Source: Prorocentrum cordatum
Lineage: Eukaryota
NCBI GenBank assembly: GCA_963575745.1
Contig: CAUYUJ010000159.1
Location: 1-64,000 of the forward strand
Length of the DNA stretch: 64,000 nucleotides
Direction of reading: 5' to 3'
The position numbers were made by a program, and so were the translations under genes. The notes beneath the pieces are model-generated. The model saw only the letters and a program-made list of their open reading frames with translations, was not told the origin of the DNA and searched no databases. Below are positions 36,471 through 50,400 of this stretch, in pieces. The number at the start of each line of letters is the position of its first letter. Within the stretch, counting starts at the first letter, position 1.

Positions 36471-39400
36471 CGCTGCGCGTGCGGGCGGAGTTCGCTGGTG
36501 CTGGCGCGGTGCGGCCAGTGCATCAGGGCCGACCGCGAGCTCGAGGAGGAGGCGCGGCTGGCTGAGGCGCCGGAGGAGGCGTTCGGGGAGCCCGACGCGG
36601 TCGACGTGGCGGCCTCGGCGGCGCGCATGCGCGCGGTCCGCCCGCAGCCGGCAGTTGCCGTCGGGCCTGGCCCCTGCATCGCCGTGTCGGCGGAGCTCGT
36701 GCGGGACCTCCTGGAGTTTGGCGGCGGCCGAGCGGATTTCACGTGCAACTGCATCCGGGTCCGCCGAGCGCCGGCCGCGGGCGTCGTGGCCTTGGAGGCC
36801 GCGCGGGGTTTCTCCTATCGGTTGTCGTGCTTCGTCGTGCCACAGGGGCCCGAGCCGGGCGTGGAGGTGGCGCTGGCGCAGCCGTGCGTGGAGTTCGGGC
36901 TGGAGCTCGTCACGGAGATCGACGTGGAGCTGCTGCAGGCGGGCTTGCCGAAGGGCGCCGAGCTGGTCCAGCTCTTCGCCTGCGCCTGGCTGCTGTGGGA
37001 GGGCGGTGCGCGCCTCCCCGCGCTGGGCGCTACTCACGTGCATCGGCACTGCAGGGGGTCGGCCGTCAGCAACGGTGCGATCATCAAGGTGTCCTCCTAC
37101 TCCTCCGCCTACTCCGAGGTCTTCGCGGGCGCCCTGGGGCTATCATGGTACCGGGCCCTCCGCGATCGCTTCGGCGGGCGGGCATCAGGAGCCTTCGTCG
37201 AGTTCGCGGACTCCGACTTCGCGCGCGGCGAGCGGGAGGCCTTCGAGGTGCCGGACGTCCTCGGGGCGATCACCAACATGCGGGCGCCGGCGTCTGAGCA
37301 GGCATGCTCCGTCGGGCGCGTGGCATGCGCCCCGGAGCGCGGCACTGCAGCCTTCGACGCGGAGGTGGCGGACGGGCGCAAGCTGGAGGACGCCGACATC
37401 GCCATCAGGGAGGAGTACGCCGCGAAGGTGCGGGGCTGTGAGCCTGAGGCGGGGAGCGAGCCGTTCGAGCTGTCCAAGTCGCTTCGTGCCCACATCATCG
37501 GGGACCAGTGGAAGGACGAGGAGCTCGGGGCCGTCTGCATGCAGCTCCGCGCCGAGTCTGGCGCCGGCGACACCCCCGAGGCGCAGCGTCTCGGGGAAGA
37601 CTTCGCGCTCGAGCAGTTCGTGACGGTGGGCCCAGGGGAGCAGCGCTGGCTGCTTGTCCTCCCTGCGTCTGGCGGCCCGGGCTCGGGTATATCGTGGAGG
37701 CGCTTCATCTTCCTCCACGTTCACGCTGGTCCGTCTGGGGGTCACAAGACGGTGGTCGCCACTCGTGAGTGCGCCCGGCGGCTGGTGGTTTGGCCGGGGC
37801 TCGCGGCGGACATCGAGAAGTGGTGCGCTAGCTGCTGGGCCTGCCTCCGATTCAGGAAGCAGACTACGAAGGTGCAGGCCAGCTTCATCGTGGCACGGCA
37901 CCGGCTTCCTTTTCATCATGTGGTCATCGACGTGGAGGGCCGCATCACTCCCCCCGACGTCGACGGGTACGCGTATGTGCTGACCTACATCTGCGTGACG
38001 ACGGGGGCCCCCCTTCTTGAGCCGCTCAAGCACCTGCAGCACTCCGAGGTCCGGCGCGCCTTCTTTCGATGCGCGACTCGGGCCAAGACCTGGCCGATGC
38101 TGGTTAGTTCGGATCGTGGCAAGGAGTTCTGCAACGCTCTCATGGAGGAGCTCTGGGCGCTCCTCAACTTCGCAGGCCGCTTCGGCACGTCGTGGAGGCC
38201 CTGCGAGCAGGCGGACGCGGAGCGGTCCCACATCGAGTGTGCGAGGGAGATCGGCATCTTCCTGCACGACGTTTTCAAGTGTGCCCCCGGCCAGTGGGCC
38301 GAGCTCCTGCCGATCGTCGAGTTCGCGTTGTGGAACTCGCCCGGCAAATCGGCGCTGTCGCCGAGGGACCTCTGCATGGGGTGGTCGTTGGCTTCGCCGC
38401 TGGAGAGGGAGCTGCTGCCGCTGGAGCCCGCCGTTCGTGAGGCAGTCTCCGACGTCGCGGCAGCGCAGTTCGAGCAGTTCAGGCGTTTGCGGGAGGTTTA
38501 TCTTCAGCATCGGGCTCGAGCCGGCCGACGCAGAGCGGAGCTGGCTAATCGCACGAGATCGTCGAGGCGCCCGGAGGTCGGGGACATGGTATTGTTCAAG
38601 GACCCGAAGCTCTCCAAGGCCGTGGCCGGGCACGCCCCAGGCCGCCGGCCCCTACGCGGCCCCTTCGAGGTCCTCTCCACGAAGGGCAACGTGGCCACGT
38701 TGCGGGACCCCGAGACCCAGCAGGTGCTCAAGGACATCCACGGGGATTTCTTGGTCGGCGTCCCGGGCTTGGTGGACGACACGGAGCGCATCGTGAAGCT
38801 GGAGGAGGACGACGGCCGTGGCAGGGCCTCTGCCGGACAGCTTCTGGCAGCGCGGCTGGCCCCTGGAGGCGGCGAGGCCGCCGAGGCGCTGGCGCCGCGC
38901 GTGAAGGCGCGGATGCGAGAGGTGAAGGTCGGGCGGCTCGTCGCCTACCAGGGCGAGGAGGCGAAGCGCTGCCGGGTGGGCAAGGTGCTGAGCCTGGCTC
39001 AGGACCTGAGCAGCGTGACGGTGCACGTGTACCAGGCGGCGGTCGACGGACGGCTGCAGGTGGTCTGGACAGCGGCGTACGACCGCCAGGAGGGCGCGGA
39101 CTTCCAGCGGCAGAGAGTCGAGACGCTGGAGGCGAAGCGGGTGCTGGGTGTCGTGGAGCTCAACAAGGGCGTTCTGAACCACTCGGCGGCGAGCAGGCTG
39201 GCGCGGGCCGGCTGGCGGCTGGACGAGGGGACCGTACGGCACGGTGCCTTGGCGGCGGCGGCAGTGGCGCCGGCCGCGCCACGGCTCTCCGACCTCCCCT
39301 CGAGCCGCGTCATCGCGCTCGTCGCAGCTTGCCGTCCGCTCGAGGAGCTCGACCTGAAGATCGGCGAGGTCCAGGCGTGGGCGCACGGCGTTCCCCTCTT

Positions 39401-42400
39401 CGTGGAGATCTTCGATGGGGTCGGGAGGCTCTCGCAGGCGGTCCAGAGCTTAGGCGCTGCCAACGCGGTGTGCAGCGTGGTGGCCGGCGTCGACCTCAAG
39501 CGCAGGACGTACGGACAGTACTGGGACCTCAGCAGGGCTAAGGACCGTGCCCGGCTTCGCTACCTGCTCTTCGAGGTGCTGAGGCCGGCAGGAGCCCACT
39601 GGGCGCTCCCCTGTGCGAAGTGGAGCAGCCTCGGTGGCCACCAGCCCGACGCCAACGCGCACGCGCTGGCCTCCTTCACCATGGACGGCCTCGAGCACCT
39701 CGACGGCGCGGGCTGCCTGGCCTCCTTCGAAGGCCCTCGAGCGCACGCGCTGGTGGCAAGCGCGGAGTGGCAGCAGCGGTTCGGGTCAGCCGAAGCGCCG
39801 CGCGGGCGCTGGCGATACGTGCTCCCCGACGGCTGCATGTTCCACTGCAGGAGCCCGGACGAGGAGCCCCTGGCCATGCAGAAGCCGTACGTCATCGGGG
39901 GCAACTTCCCGCTGGACTTGCTGGACGTCCAGTGCCGCCGTGGAGCGCTGCGGCCGCTAGGGCGCGGCCTCGAAGGCGTCGAGGTCGCCTCCGCGGAGCT
40001 GGGCGGCGACGCCGGGAGCTCCATGATCGGAGCCGCGCGGGCGCCGGAGGGGCCTCGCATGCCCTGCGAGCCGGGGCGCGCGGCCGCTCCGGCTGCTGGG
40101 GTGACGAGGTCGGTGGACAAGCTGAGCGACGCTGAGATGGCGGAGAAGAAGGCGCGGCGGGAGCCGGCAGCGGCGGCGGCGAAGAAGAAGTGGGCCGAGC
40201 TGGCCAAGAAGGGTGACTGGGACCAGGTGCGGATGCCCGGCAAGTGCTTCAGGTTTGCCGAGGTGAAGGTTTCGCCGAGGCGCTCGGCAGAGTACAAGGC
40301 TAAGGTTCTGGAGGCGGTCGGGCTCGTCGGCGAGTGCGCGGGCTACAAGCACCTGGGCAGCCAGGAGCTGGAGGCGCTGAAGGAGATGATCAGCCTGAAG
40401 GCCGAGGCGTTCTGGGTGAAGGGCACCGCGCGGACGGTCATGCGCGGCTTCAAGCACGACGTGGTGACGACCGGCTTGCCTGTGCGTGGGCCGCCGATCC
40501 GCCTTAAGGGCCCGGAGGCTTCCATCGTCCGCGAGGAGCTCGAAGCGGGCGTGGAGCAAGGGCTGTACTCCAGGGGGACCTCGCCCTGGGGCAGCTGGGC
40601 CTTTCCGACCAAGGAGCACGCGAGCGGCCGGAGGCGTCGGACCGTCGTGGACTACCGCATGGTCAACCGCAGGATGGTGATGTTCGTGTACTACATCCGC
40701 CGGTGCCGAGACGTCAAGGGCGAGCTGGTGGGCTGCGCCTTCATCTCTGGCATGGACGGCGCTCGCGGCTTCAATCTCCTGGTCAACACTGAGCACGCGA
40801 AGGAGGTCCTGGCTGTGCTGGCGGACTGCGGCTGCTACCTCCCCGAGGTGCTGCAGCTGGGGCCAGCGACGGGGCCCTTCGACTTCCAGTTCTGCACCGA
40901 CGAGCTGTTCACTGGCACCGGCCGCGGACGCTACGGATCGGTTTGGAAGAACTACATCGACGACTTCTGGGTCAGGACGGGGCAGTGGCTGAACGGTCGC
41001 GCCTACACCGACCGAGAGTACGAGGAAATGCTGGCGGCGGCATCCCCCCCCCCGGCTGCCTCTCGCCCGCTGGGCGACTCGCTGGCAGCAGCCGGGTTCG
41101 CGGGGACCCGCAAGGCCAGCCAGAGCTACGACCACGCCAAGGGCGTGCTCGTGGGGCTGTGCGTGGCGCAGTCGGCCACGGGAGCGGCGGCTATGGAGGG
41201 CGGCGGCGTTGCCTTGGCGAACGGCCTCCGCATGCTGGTGGTGGCTGCCGCGGTGCGCACGGCGTCCTTGGTGGATGAAGGGCTGCGCGCGGGCGTGCAG
41301 CTGACTCAGGACATCTTCGAGGCGGCTGGCGACCTGGTCCAGAGCGTCTCCTGGAACCTCAGCGGGCTCATCCACGAGGTGTGCGAGGGGGCGGTCCTGG
41401 TGGTGCGCGTCCTGGTCGTCGTGCAGTGCTGCTACGCTCTCTACTGCCTGCGCTCGTGGGTGGCTTGCCGTTCGCAGCGGGCGGCGCTGGAGCGGGCTGC
41501 CACCGCCGGCGAGGCGGCTCAGCGCGGACTCACGTCCAGCGCGCGAGCCTGCGAGGCCGGCGACGGGCCCGCCTTCGGCCGCGAGCCGATGGCCAGAGCG
41601 GCAGCCGCTGGGAGGAGCCCGAGCGGGGCCCTCTCAGCAGCAGATGGCGCCGCCAGCCCTGTGGTGGCGCTGTGGCGCGAGGCGGAGTTCGAGACGCCCC
41701 TGCTCGGAGCGGCGGCACGCCCCCGAGCGGAGGTCCTCCAGATCCAGCGGAGCGCGGCGGTGGCGCTGCGGGACCTGGAGCACTCGGACCGCCAGCGCGC
41801 CGCGCGCGCGCGCGACCTGACCGCTTGCGGTGCGGTGGTGTCCGCAAAGCTGGTGGAGGCTGCGCGCAGCTCAGCAGTGAAGGACGCGGGCGACCTGTGC
41901 GAGTTCGAGGTTGAGGTGGCCGGCAGCCGCGGCGTGCGGTACGATGTGCGGCTTCGCGCTGGACGCTTGGCCGCAGCGTTGCTCCCCGCATCGTGCACCT
42001 GTGCGGACTTCTTCGGCGGCGTCGGCAGCCCCTGCAAGCACATCGGGGCGGCCTGGTGCTGCGCGGTGGACGGCAACTTCAGCGAGCTGGTGGAGCTGGC
42101 GCTCGCGGCTGGCCGCAAGGAGGGAGCTGCCGCTGGACCTCAGCGACGCGCAGCCCTGGCGCCGAGCGACTCCCTTGGCCTCGCGGGGGCCGTGCGGGAG
42201 CTCCGCGACTCGGAGGCCGAGGTCGTGCGCCTGCGCGAGGAGGTCCAGCAGCTGAAGGCGCAGCTGGGGGCGACCTCCAGGCGCGGAGCCGTGACCGAGT
42301 TCCTCTCGGCGTCGGAGACGCTGGCGGCTTGGGCGCGGGCTTGCGGTGAGGCCGAGAGCTATGTGCATGTGGCGTGCTTCACCTTCGACCAGCCGGGCGT

Positions 42401-42770
42401 GGTGAACTACCTGGAGGCGGCTCGAGCTCGAGGCCTCACAGTCCGTTTGGTGTTCAGCGGCCGTGACAAGGCCCTGACCAACAACCAGGGGCCGCGCCTG
42501 CAGCGGCTCCGAGCCTGTGGGTGCGAGGTGCGCGCTCACAAGGGATCGCGGCTGCACGCCAAGGTGATGATGACAGAGCGCGAGATTGTGCTGGGCAGCT
42601 GCAACTTCACGACTGCCAGCTTGGGCAACGTGGAGCGCGGGGCCAGCCTGCAGGAGCTGTCCGAGGAGACGGTGCTCGAGCAGAAGGAGTGGTTCGAGCA
42701 GCTGTTCGAGGCGGCGTCGCCCTTCAAGGACGGGATCGGCGAGGTGGTGCCTCCGTCGCCGGCCCGGTGA
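36440..42770 (+). CDS. Element B ORF2 (-1 frame; ORF track 36051..42770): integrase, C5 DNMT-like domain, RT fingers/palm (YIDD), hydrophobic segments, SWIM finger, PLD-family nuclease
   Basis: Integrase: H..GGH...WPGL...CWAC, VVIDV...SDRGKEF...AERSH, GPF. DNMT: VEIFDGVG...LPC...FEGP. RT: SPWGS...RTVVDYRMVN...MDGARGF...LQLGP...YIDD. SWIM: CTC...CKH. PLD: LHAKVMMTE...GSCNFT...NVE. Confidence 0.9.
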
Positions 42771-42778
42771 GGGCGCCG

Positions 42779-43037
42779 CGAGGCGCTGGAGGCCGGCTGG
42801 GCGCGAGGCCTGGCGGCCGTGGCGCTGAGGCGCGAGGCGCTGGAGGCCGGCTGGGCGCGAGGCCTAGCGGCCGTGGCGCCGAGGCGCGAGGCGCTGAAGG
42901 CCGGCTGGGCGCGAGGCCTAGCGGCCGTGGCGCCGAGGTGCGAGGCGCTGGAGGCCCGCCGGGCGAGAGGCCTAGCGGCCGCGGCGCGAGGTGCTGGAGG
43001 CCATCTGGGCGAGAGGCCCAGCGGCCGTGGCGCCGAG
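42779..43037 (+). repeat. 54-bp tandem repeat (about 5 units) in 3' UTR of element B
   Basis: CGAGGCGCTGGAGGCCGGCTGGGCGCGAGGCCTAGCGGCCGTGGCGCCGAGGCG units start at 42779, 42833 and onward. Confidence 0.85.
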
Positions 43038-43213
43038 ATGGCAGGAGCGCGGCATTTTGCTGCGCCGTCGACGCCCGGCAGCGCCGGGAGCTATGAGCGA
43101 CTGCATGGCGCCGAGTTCGGCGACTTCGAGGAATTCATCGACTTCAATTTTGTGGAGCGGCACGTCGCGGAGGACGTGCCGGGGCGCCTGTGCCGCGGAG
43201 TGGTGCCCTGCTC

Positions 43214-43224
43214 GAGGAGAGGGG
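43214..43224 (+). promoter_or_regulatory. Polypurine tract
   Basis: GAGGAGAGGGG, 4 nt upstream of the 3' LTR. Confidence 0.75.
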
Positions 43225-43228
43225 CACG

Positions 43229-43483
43229 TGAGGAGCGGCATGGGCGCACAGGCGGCGGAGTGCGGGCCGGCGACGACGGCCCCGGTGGCGACGGCTGCTT
43301 GCCCCGCGCTGCCGCATGGCTCAAGAGGAGAAAGGCCCCCCTCCTCCCTCTCCTCAGAGGCGCGGGGGAGGCGCGGGGGGCCTACCCGGGGTCCGAGGGC
43401 CCGCGAGGGCCCATAGGGCCCGAGGGCGGCACCTGGAGGCCGCTCTCGAGGCCCTGAGGGGCCGAGGCTCCAGGTGAGCCTCA
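43229..43483 (+). repeat. 3' LTR of element B
   Basis: Identical by eye to 31015-31269. Confidence 0.95.
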
Positions 43484-45075
<1,592 letters not shown>

Positions 45076-45258
45076 GGGTTACCCTTAGTCTCCTTTACCA
45101 TTCTTGAATGAATTGTAGAGCGTACGGGTTCGGGTTCGGGTTCGGGAAGGCGCCCGCGATACAAAAAAACACAAGCATATGCGACATCTACTACGTACAT
45201 GTAATAAAGATCCCACTGGGCAGTGGAACTTCTCTGGAATCGGCGGAACAAACACTTG

Positions 45259-45542
45259 GGGTCGCGTATGGGTCGCGGGGTGGGTCGCGGGGTGGGTCGC
45301 GGGGTGGGTCGCGGGTGGGTCGCGGGGTGGGTCGTGGGGTGGGTGGGTCGCGGGGTGGGTCGCGGGGCGGGTCGCGGGTAAGTCGCGGGGTGGGCCGCGG
45401 GGTGGGTTGCGGGTGGGTGACGGGCGGGTCACTGGGTGGGTCGCGGGGTGGGTCGCGGGTGGGTCGCGGGGTGGGTCGCGGGGTGGGTCGCGGGGTGGGT
45501 CGCGGGTGGGTCGCGGGTGGGCCGCGGGCGTGTCGGGGGGGG
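45259..45542 (+). repeat. G-rich 12-mer minisatellite (GGGTCGCGGGGT)n, G-quadruplex-prone
   Basis: Directly visible regularly spaced G3/G4 runs. Confidence 0.85.
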
Positions 45543-46649
45543 GCGACGACAACAACAACAAACATAATCCCCCCCGCGCATCCCCACTTCAGCCACGCAC
45601 CCAAGAACAAAAAATGAGCGTTCGGCCCCCTTCACTCTGATATAAATATAATAAAATCCCCCTGGAAAATGGAGCCCCTCTGGGATCGGCAGAAACGGCC
45701 ATTTGTTGTGTAGAATTGGAATACGGATCTTTCTGGAAAGTGGAACTTCTCGGGATTCGGTCGCACAAACAACTTGGTATGAAGCTTTGTAGCACGGTTC
45801 CCTCTGGCAACTTGAGTTTCTCGGAATTCGGTAGCAAACGCAACTTGTAGTTGGAATTGTAATACGGATCCCTGCGAAAACTGGAGCTTCTCGGGAATCG
45901 GCACGCGCGTACAAACTAACGCCTTTTCCTCCTCTTCCTCCTTCTCCTCCTCCTCCTCCAGCTCCGCCTCCGCCTCCTCCGCCTCCGCCTCCTCCTCCTC
46001 CTCCTCCTCCTCCTCCTCCTTTTCCTCCTCCTCCAATTCAGACTTCCTCCAATTCCACCCAGAAATGGCGCTCCCGCTCAAGAGTTCCTTCAATGGCACT
46101 CAGAAGTGAGCCTCCCGCCTGAGACTTCCTACAAGTTCAAGGCTGAGAGGCCCGATAATGACGACAGCGTTATGGTTTGTATGATTGCATGAAATGCAAG
46201 CATGAGCTGCGGATCCTTTTGAAGCAAGGGCTCCCGCTTGAGACCCCCTCCAACTCCACTCAGAAACGAAGCTCCCGCTCGACACTTGCTCCAACTTCAC
46301 TCAGACATGACACTCCCGCTTGAAACGTCTTCCAATTTCACTCAGAAATGAGCCTCCCGCTTGGGACTTCCTACACTCTCAAAGCTGGGAGAACCAACGA
46401 TGGCGACCATTCTATGTTTGTATGATTCACTGAAAGTCAAACATGAACTGCGGAATATTTAAGAACAGGGGCACCCGCTCTAGATTTCCTCGGGTTCCAC
46501 TCAGAAATGAAGCTCGCGTTCCCAACTTCTTCCGATTTCACTCAGAAACGACGCTCTCGCTTGCGACTTCTTCCAATTTCGTTCAGGATTGGCCCTCCCG
46601 CTTGGGACCTGACAGGGTCATATTCCGCTAACATAGACCACGTGTTGTC

Positions 46650-46666
46650 CTACTACTACTGCGATG

Positions 46667-46745
<79 letters not shown>

Positions 46746-46843
46746 TTACTTCTACTTCTACTTCTACTTCTTCTACTACTACTACTACTACTACTACTAC
46801 GACTACTACTACTACTACTACTACGACTGCGACTACTACTACA

Positions 46844-46874
<31 letters not shown>

Positions 46875-46986
46875 TTACTACTACTACTACTACTACTACT
46901 ACAACTACTACAACAACTACTACTACTACTACTACTACTTCTACTACTACTTCTACTATTACTACTACTACTACTACTACTACTAG

Positions 46987-47032
<46 letters not shown>

Positions 47033-47046
47033 GCTACGACTACGAG

Positions 47047-47103
<57 letters not shown>

Positions 47104-47177
47104 CACTACTACAACTAAAACTACTACTACTGCGACGACGACGACGACGACAACGACGACGACGACGACGACGACTG

Positions 47178-47217
<40 letters not shown>

Positions 47218-47357
47218 GACCACTACTACTACGACTCCTTCTACTACTACTACTACTACTACTACTACTATTACTACTACTACTTCTACTACTTCTTGTT
47301 CTTCTTCTTCTTCTACTACTACTACTACTACGACTACTACTACTACTACTACTACTT

Positions 47358-47401
<44 letters not shown>
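46650..47401. repeat. (TAC)n microsatellite abutting the 3' end of the LINE remnant
   Basis: Directly visible. Confidence 0.95.
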
Positions 47402-50400
47402 GGCCTAGTGCGTCTGGAGCGCAGCCTCCAGCCGGCGCGCCTCCTGCGGCGCGAGGCCGCTTCCCGGCTGGGGCTGGCGGCGGAGCGCCTGCACGGCCCC
47501 CGCGCAAAACCCCAGGAAGTGGCCCGCTGTTTCCTGCGACTGGCCGCAGAAGCGGCGCGCCCTGGCGACGCCCGCCTCGTCGCAAGAGAAAGCGCCTTGC
47601 AGGGGCAAGCGGGCCCGCGCGAGCACCTCGGGGAGCGAGGCGCCTGCGATGCTGTGTTCGAGCGCCGTGCACCCCACGCCCGCCCAGCGCGCCAGCGCCT
47701 CCATCTGCGCTGGGCTCGCCAGCCACGCCTGCCCCTGCCGTTGCGCCGCCGCTTTGGCGTGGTCGAAGTACTTGGCGCGGGCCCTGGGCCCCGCCTGCGG
47801 CCCCGGTGGGTCCGGGAGGTCCTGCCGGTGCAGGAGCTGGCGGACGCGCCGCATCCAAGACCCCTCCGCATGTTCCGCCAGCACGAGGCGCGCTCGGCTT
47901 CCGCATTCCTGGGGTCCACCAGGATCCTGCTGTAGAGGCGCGCGGCGCGCTCCTCCATCGTCGTGGCCCACCGCGCACTCCACCCCATGTGGCGCAGCTA
48001 GGAGGAGGGCTCGCAGGATGGGGCCACGCGCTCCAGAGGCACCGCGGGCCCATCGCTCTTGGTGGCGGTCAGCGGCGACTCGAAGCCCTCCGCGCGGATG
48101 CAGACCTCGGCCCCGCGCGCGACCTTCGGGGGCGTGCTCGCGGCGAGGCCCAGGCTCAGCTCGTCCAGCGAGAACCCGGGGTTGGCCATGGTTTGGGCAT
48201 GGCGCCGGCCCACCGCAAGGGCCTGCCGCTCGATGGCTCTGAGGTGGGCCTGGCCTGGGGGCCCACCGGCGGGCGCCGAAGAGTTTGTACTCGCCGACGA
48301 ACCCGACACGTGCACCGCGCGGGTGTCTGGCAATCCCCTGGCCAGGATGGCCGTCTTCGTCGGGCCGTGCCTCAGGCGCCCCCGGCGGCGGCGCGCGGCG
48401 CCCTGTGGGGCGCGGCCCGCCAGCCCGCGCTGCGCCCGCGACCCGGCCAGGGCTCGCAATTCGTCGACGCACGCGCGCGGTCCGATCACTGCGTCGGAGG
48501 AGAGGTCGAGCAGGCCCTGGCGGACGGCATCCGAGGACGCCGCCGCCAGGCAGTCGTCCCAATCCTCGCCACTCACCAAACCACCCCAACCCAACCCGAA
48601 GGCTTCAATTTGCCCTCCATTTCCAATTGGGGGGGGTCGGGGAACACTGAAAAAACACATGGAACCCGTACCCCCCCAACCCGAAATTCGAATCAAATTC
48701 GGGTCTTCGGGTTGGGTTGGGGTGGTCTGGTAGGTAGTCAAATCCGACTGGCCATCCGCCGGGAGGGCCGCTTACTGTCGGATTTCGCTGACGTCCAGGT
48801 CTCGGCGTCCGAGCCGTCGGTGCGCTCGGCAAGCTGCAAATTCTGCTGGTGGCGGGCCCAGCCCGATGCCCGCCCCTGGGGTGGCCGCGATTTCCTCGAT
48901 CTTGGTCGCGCTGGCGAGGCTGTATTGGGCTGGGCTGAGCTTGCGGCCCTGAGGCATGCCGACCTGCGGGCGGAACGGCCGCGTGCACTGGCCCCGCCCG
49001 GTGACCGAGACGGTCGCGCCGCGGAGCATCGCTTCGGCCATGAGCCATTGCCTGCCAGCCACACCCGCGCGGTCGCACATTGCAACCATCGCCTCCGCAC
49101 GGTCCTGGCTGTCGAACGCCTGCGCCTCGCCCGCGAAGACTTCCGCGGCTGGCCTGCCCTGGTGGGCGCAGATGTCGAACACCTCAAGATCAAGCGGGGT
49201 AGAGACCAGGCTGCCCCCCCCCCCGCCTACTGGAAGTCGCCGAGGCCGCGCTCCAGCGCCGCGAGGTTGCGTCCAGCCCGCAACTCTTCCAGGAAGCGGC
49301 CCTCCACGGGTCACAGGGCCAAGGCCCTGTAGCCGCGGTATTCTACATGGGGCCGGCCTTCCCTGCGCTTGCGGTATTTGTCCTGCAGGAGCCACAGCGC
49401 TGGGACTATTCGCCATGGATACCAGCGAGCCGAGGACACCCAGGTGCGCGCTGTGGACCAGCGCATATGGGAGGCCCCTGCATTGTGCCCGTGGGCGGAT
49501 CCCCCGCAGCGCGGCGCTCGCCTCCGCGAGCGCGACGGCCTCCGCAGCAGTCCAGTGGCTGAGCGCGCGCCGGGCCCCCGTGCGCTAGCTTTCGAGGCGG
49601 CTTCGCATCGCGGCAGCGTGGTCGACGTCCCACTCCTGGCCCCACGGCGGGTCGTCACGCAGGAGGATGCACCTGCGGGCCCCGTCCGGGACCTGCGCCG
49701 CGCGTCCTCTGGGCCCCATCGCGATGGCTGGGAGGCCTTCTGGAGGGTCCGTGGAGCACTGCTTGAGGGCCGTGGCCGCCGCGAGCGGGTTCTTGCGCAG
49801 GAGGCGCACCAGGCGACGGCGCGCGCCCATCTGCCGCGCCTGGGCTCTCTCGCCCCGGGCGGCTCGCAACTGCTGCTGGGCCGTGCGCGGGGCCACCTGC
49901 GATTCGGCCGTGGCGTTGCGATGCGCTTGGGCTGCCGCGTCCGTGACCGCGCCGAAGGCCGCCGCCTCGGCCCAGTCCGCCTCGCGGCGGCGGCCGGCCC
50001 TGTCTCTGGGTGGCTGCGCGAGCTCGGCAGCTGCTGCCACCAAGAAGGCCGCCACCCGCCACGTCCAAGCTGCCGCGTCCAGCGCGGCCCTGGCGTCTTG
50101 GTGGGGCGCTCGCGCCCATGAGGCTTCTTGGCAGCGCGCCTCCAGTTCAGCCTGCAGTGTGGCGTAGATTGCGTCCGCCCACTGCGTCACTCCCCACTGC
50201 CACTGTCGGCGCCCACGCTGTGCCGTAGCGCTCCTCCTTGGCCCATCCGCGCCCACGTGCTCAAAGACCACAGTCCAGGTGACGGGGTGGTGGTCGAGGT
50301 CCTGGGAGCCAAGCGCCAGCGACCGCGCCTGGCACATGCTGAGGTTGCAGCCATTTTCCCTGCAGCGAATGCCATTGCGGGCCAGGACCGCCCCGCAGGG

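Larger units (their letters stand above)
31015..43483 (+). mobile_element. Full-length Ty3/gypsy-like LTR retrotransposon (element B) with permuted RT and extra domains
   Basis: Two 255-bp LTRs (TGAGG...CCTCA), 4-bp TSD TACT, PBS, PPT, and gypsy-type PR, RT, RH and IN motifs. Confidence 0.95.

Noticed and set aside
36470..37623. C-terminal ~380 aa of ORF 31321..37623
   Set aside because: Arg/Ser/Pro-rich shadow translation. Protein-like sequence continues in the -1 frame.
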